Below are positions 17,774-19,847 of a DNA stretch of 19,847 nucleotides, in pieces; position 1 is the first letter of the stretch; each line of letters starts with the position of its first letter. Origin of the DNA: an uncultured archaeon. GTDB taxonomy: Archaea > Asgardarchaeota > Heimdallarchaeia > Heimdallarchaeales > Kariarchaeaceae. Under the pieces are notes generated by a model. The model did no database searches. It had not been told where the DNA came from and worked only from the letters and a program-made list of their open reading frames with translations. Position numbers and translations under genes: made by a program. The stretch is taken from the NCBI GenBank assembly GCA_964645535.1, contig CAZYCQ010000060.1, positions 1 through 19,847 of the forward strand, read 5' to 3'.

Positions 17774-18331
17774 TCAGTCACCGACCAAAACAAAAAATGC
17801 AATCCAGAAGCTGTAGAACATCAACAGAACCTGAAGCAGAAAATGAAAGACCAGTTTCACCCTCCACCTTACAACCATCTCAAAAAGAATGAACGTAGGA
17901 AGGAGATACAGCACGTAAAAGGGATCAAAAAAACCGGTATCCCTATAGGGTGCCTGTTTCAGCGAATAAAGAGCCAAAACACCCCCAACCAGAACCAAAA
18001 AGATCAACTCCATCTGTGTTCTGCTGAGAAGACGCCCCCCATCCTCCCGAATGGCCAAAGCAATCAACGGAAAGCTGAGATTGATCACAATGACCGTCCA
18101 GACCTTGGCTGCAAGAATAAGGTCATAACCATTGAGCTGCGAAGTCTTCAGTTGCCAGAAAAAAGATTCCGAATAGCTGGAATAGGGTAAAAGCAGATCC
18201 TTCGGAGGAGGAACCACCCTGAAAAAAAGCAGATCCAGAAACATCAATGAAAGAAGCACATAGATACCGAAAGCAACAAGATCCCACCGATCCATACGCC
18301 AAATTTTCTTTTCCGAGACCACAGAACCCAC
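17774..18331 (-). CDS. Hypothetical multi-pass membrane protein
   Basis: About five hydrophobic segments; co-oriented with the downstream gene; start uncertain. Confidence 0.65.
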   Translation of the reverse strand: MGSVVSEKKIWRMDRWDLVAFGIYVLLSLMFLDLLFFRVVPPPKDLLLPYSSYSESFFWQLKTSQLNGYDLILAAKVWTVIVINLSFPLIALAIREDGGRLLSRTQMELIFLVLVGGVLALYSLKQAPYRDTGFFDPFYVLYLLPTFILFEMVVRWRVKLVFHFLLQVLLMFYSFWIAFFVLVGD

Positions 18332-18757
18332 ATATCAACGACAATGACAAGCCTAATAAACTTTATCCCCTCCAAATACCCGTCCAACTCTGCATACACT
18401 GCATCAAAGATAAAAAAATCATCCGCACATGGTTCCGTTGCCCCCTTCCAAGGATGCGAATTAGTGGTGTCCCGATATAGAAACCACGGATCAAAAATCC
18501 GTCACCATCTGGAAATTCAACCTCCCCTGAAAGAAGAAATCCTCCCCGATCCTTGCAACATAGAGAAATGACCTGCCAAACCCAAAATGGACAGAACCAT
18601 CGATACACCACCCACCCATCCGCAATTACCAATCCCAATCATCACAATCTTCACCTGACAGCCTTTCCCAAAAATTTTCCATTTGCAGAATCCAAGGACA
18701 GCTTATATAGTGTGATAGGATAGGGACATTGAGCAATGATGCTCAGGAGATAAAACA

Positions 18758-18889
18758 ATGAAAACAAAGAAAATCATACTTGCAATGCTTCCAATGCTGG
18801 TATCCATGCTTGCCCTCGTTGTTGGGGCTTATGGTGCTCAATCCTGCGACCCAGTCATCGCATCTCGTTTTTGCGATTTCCTACAATAA
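18758..18889 (+). CDS. 43-aa small secreted or membrane peptide (not in the ORF track)
   Basis: MKTKKIILAMLPMLVSMLALVVGAYGAQSCDPVIASRFCDFLQ. AGGAGA RBS at 18745-18750; TTATATA at 18703-18709. Confidence 0.65.
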   Translation: MKTKKIILAMLPMLVSMLALVVGAYGAQSCDPVIASRFCDFLQ

Positions 18890-18996
18890 AATATTCATAC
18901 AAAAACCTCGTCTTCAAACAACCAAGTATTTGTCTTATGATTACAACTGCCAAGTTCAAAAATATGAAACCTTCTTTTCCAAAGGCCTTGACATAC

Positions 18997-19235
18997 ATGA
19001 TCAACAAGAAAGTATACAAGGAAATTGTTGCCGAAAAAACATAGAAGGAAATACGGTCAAACTTATTGTGGATGACAATCCTGAACCTGTCATGCTGTAT
19101 CGAAAAATGTTTGAACAGATGATTGAATCAATACCGAAAAAGGATCTCTCTCCACAAACTCAAAATGTATTCAACTTGATCCAAAACCTTCGAAGCAATA
19201 TCAGAGTGATTAGAGTTCTCTTTGAAAAGATTTGA
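18997..19235 (+). CDS. Small hypothetical protein, probably frameshifted at an A6 run
   Basis: ATG 18997 gives MINKKVYKEIVAEK. One extra A at 19034-19039 would join it to NIEGNTVKLIV...LFEKI. Confidence 0.4.
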
Positions 19236-19397
19236 AAAGGGCACAAAAAAAAAATAATACAAATTGCAACTTCGGAAATCAAAAATAGAAATGAAACTTG
19301 AGCCTTCATGAATTGGTAAGATAGAATCTATAATAATCTAAAAAAAAATGGATGAAGGAAGGAGATAACCCCTGTAAATTCAGAAAATTAATGAAAA

Positions 19398-19489
19398 TGA
19401 CCCGACCGGGATTTGAACCCGGGTCGACGGGGATCTTCTCAATGAAGATTGAAAGCCCGCCATGATTGGCCGAGCTACACCATCGGGCC
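19398..19489 (-). tRNA. tRNA-Glu(UUC) with a 17-nt intron at 37/38 (intron 19433-19449)
   Basis: Acceptor GGCCCGA/TCGGGTC, anticodon stem GCGGG/CCCGT, loop CT-TTC-A^C, T arm CCGGG-TTCAAAT-CCCGG. Mature length 75 nt, no encoded CCA. Confidence 0.95.
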
Positions 19490-19575
19490 AGACCTGTTTT
19501 TTTTTGGTTTGATTAATTTTAGTCAATCGCCTTAGCGTATGACATTTTCATTTTTGTTTTTTAGTCACTTAAATG

Positions 19576-19847
19576 TTATTTTTGGTTACGCTTGAATTTT
19601 TTCATTGTTATTGTTATTGTGGCGGATATTGTTATGTATATTGTTATTTTCATATTTTGGTTATTTGTTTGTTGAGATGTTGTTTGTTGAGATGATGTTT
19701 TTTGTATTTCGGCGAATTGGTATATATTTAGTTTGATTCCGTTTGTTTGGTATAGGTATCCAGTTTCTTGTGTGATTGGGAGGTAAATCAATCCATGTTC
19801 AAAAGGTGATTCTTTGACGGATGCTACTGTTTGGTAGGTATTATTAA
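19576..19847 (-). CDS. C-terminal fragment of a surface protein (runs off the window)
   Basis: Frame is open to the window edge; S/T/Q-rich linker, Ile/Thr-rich segment, basic tail KKFKRNQK. Confidence 0.6.
   Translation of the reverse strand, partial: NNTYQTVASVKESPFEHGLIYLPITQETGYLYQTNGIKLNIYQFAEIQKTSSQQTTSQQTNNQNMKITIYITISATITITMKKFKRNQK

Noticed and set aside
18335-18640. Minus-strand ORF 18363-18638
   Set aside because: No clear start or motif; possibly a degraded gene, but not supportable.
18780-19000. N-terminal part of the 151-aa ORF 18780-19235
   Set aside because: Overlaps the better-supported 43-aa peptide gene in another frame and lacks an RBS.

Overview
Archaeal DNA, most likely from an Asgard archaeon. 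This is inferred from a eukaryote-like AglB/STT3, 7TM and TPR proteins with longin-like C-terminal domains, TATA-box promoters and an intron-containing tRNA-Glu without an encoded CCA. Left to right: an AT-rich type II restriction-modification cassette flanked by related hairpin repeats; aglB and a sequon-rich surface protein; an acyl-CoA thioesterase; a 20-bp-period tandem array; a divergent 7TM/TPR gene pair; a small CxxC-x17-CxxC protein; then the main finding. The main finding is a ~5.0 kb IS607-like element (about 12349-17375) that appears to split a host surface-protein gene. It carries a frameshifted serine-recombinase tnpA, an XPD/DinG Fe-S helicase lacking the arch domain, a ~240-nt highly structured non-coding leader, and a 585-aa TnpB-like RuvC protein whose third catalytic Asp is replaced by His. 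This is a candidate RNA-guided helicase-recruitment system. The right end holds membrane proteins, a 43-aa candidate secreted peptide missed by the ORF track, and tRNA-Glu(UUC). All calls come from reading motifs by eye; no searches or folding programs were run.
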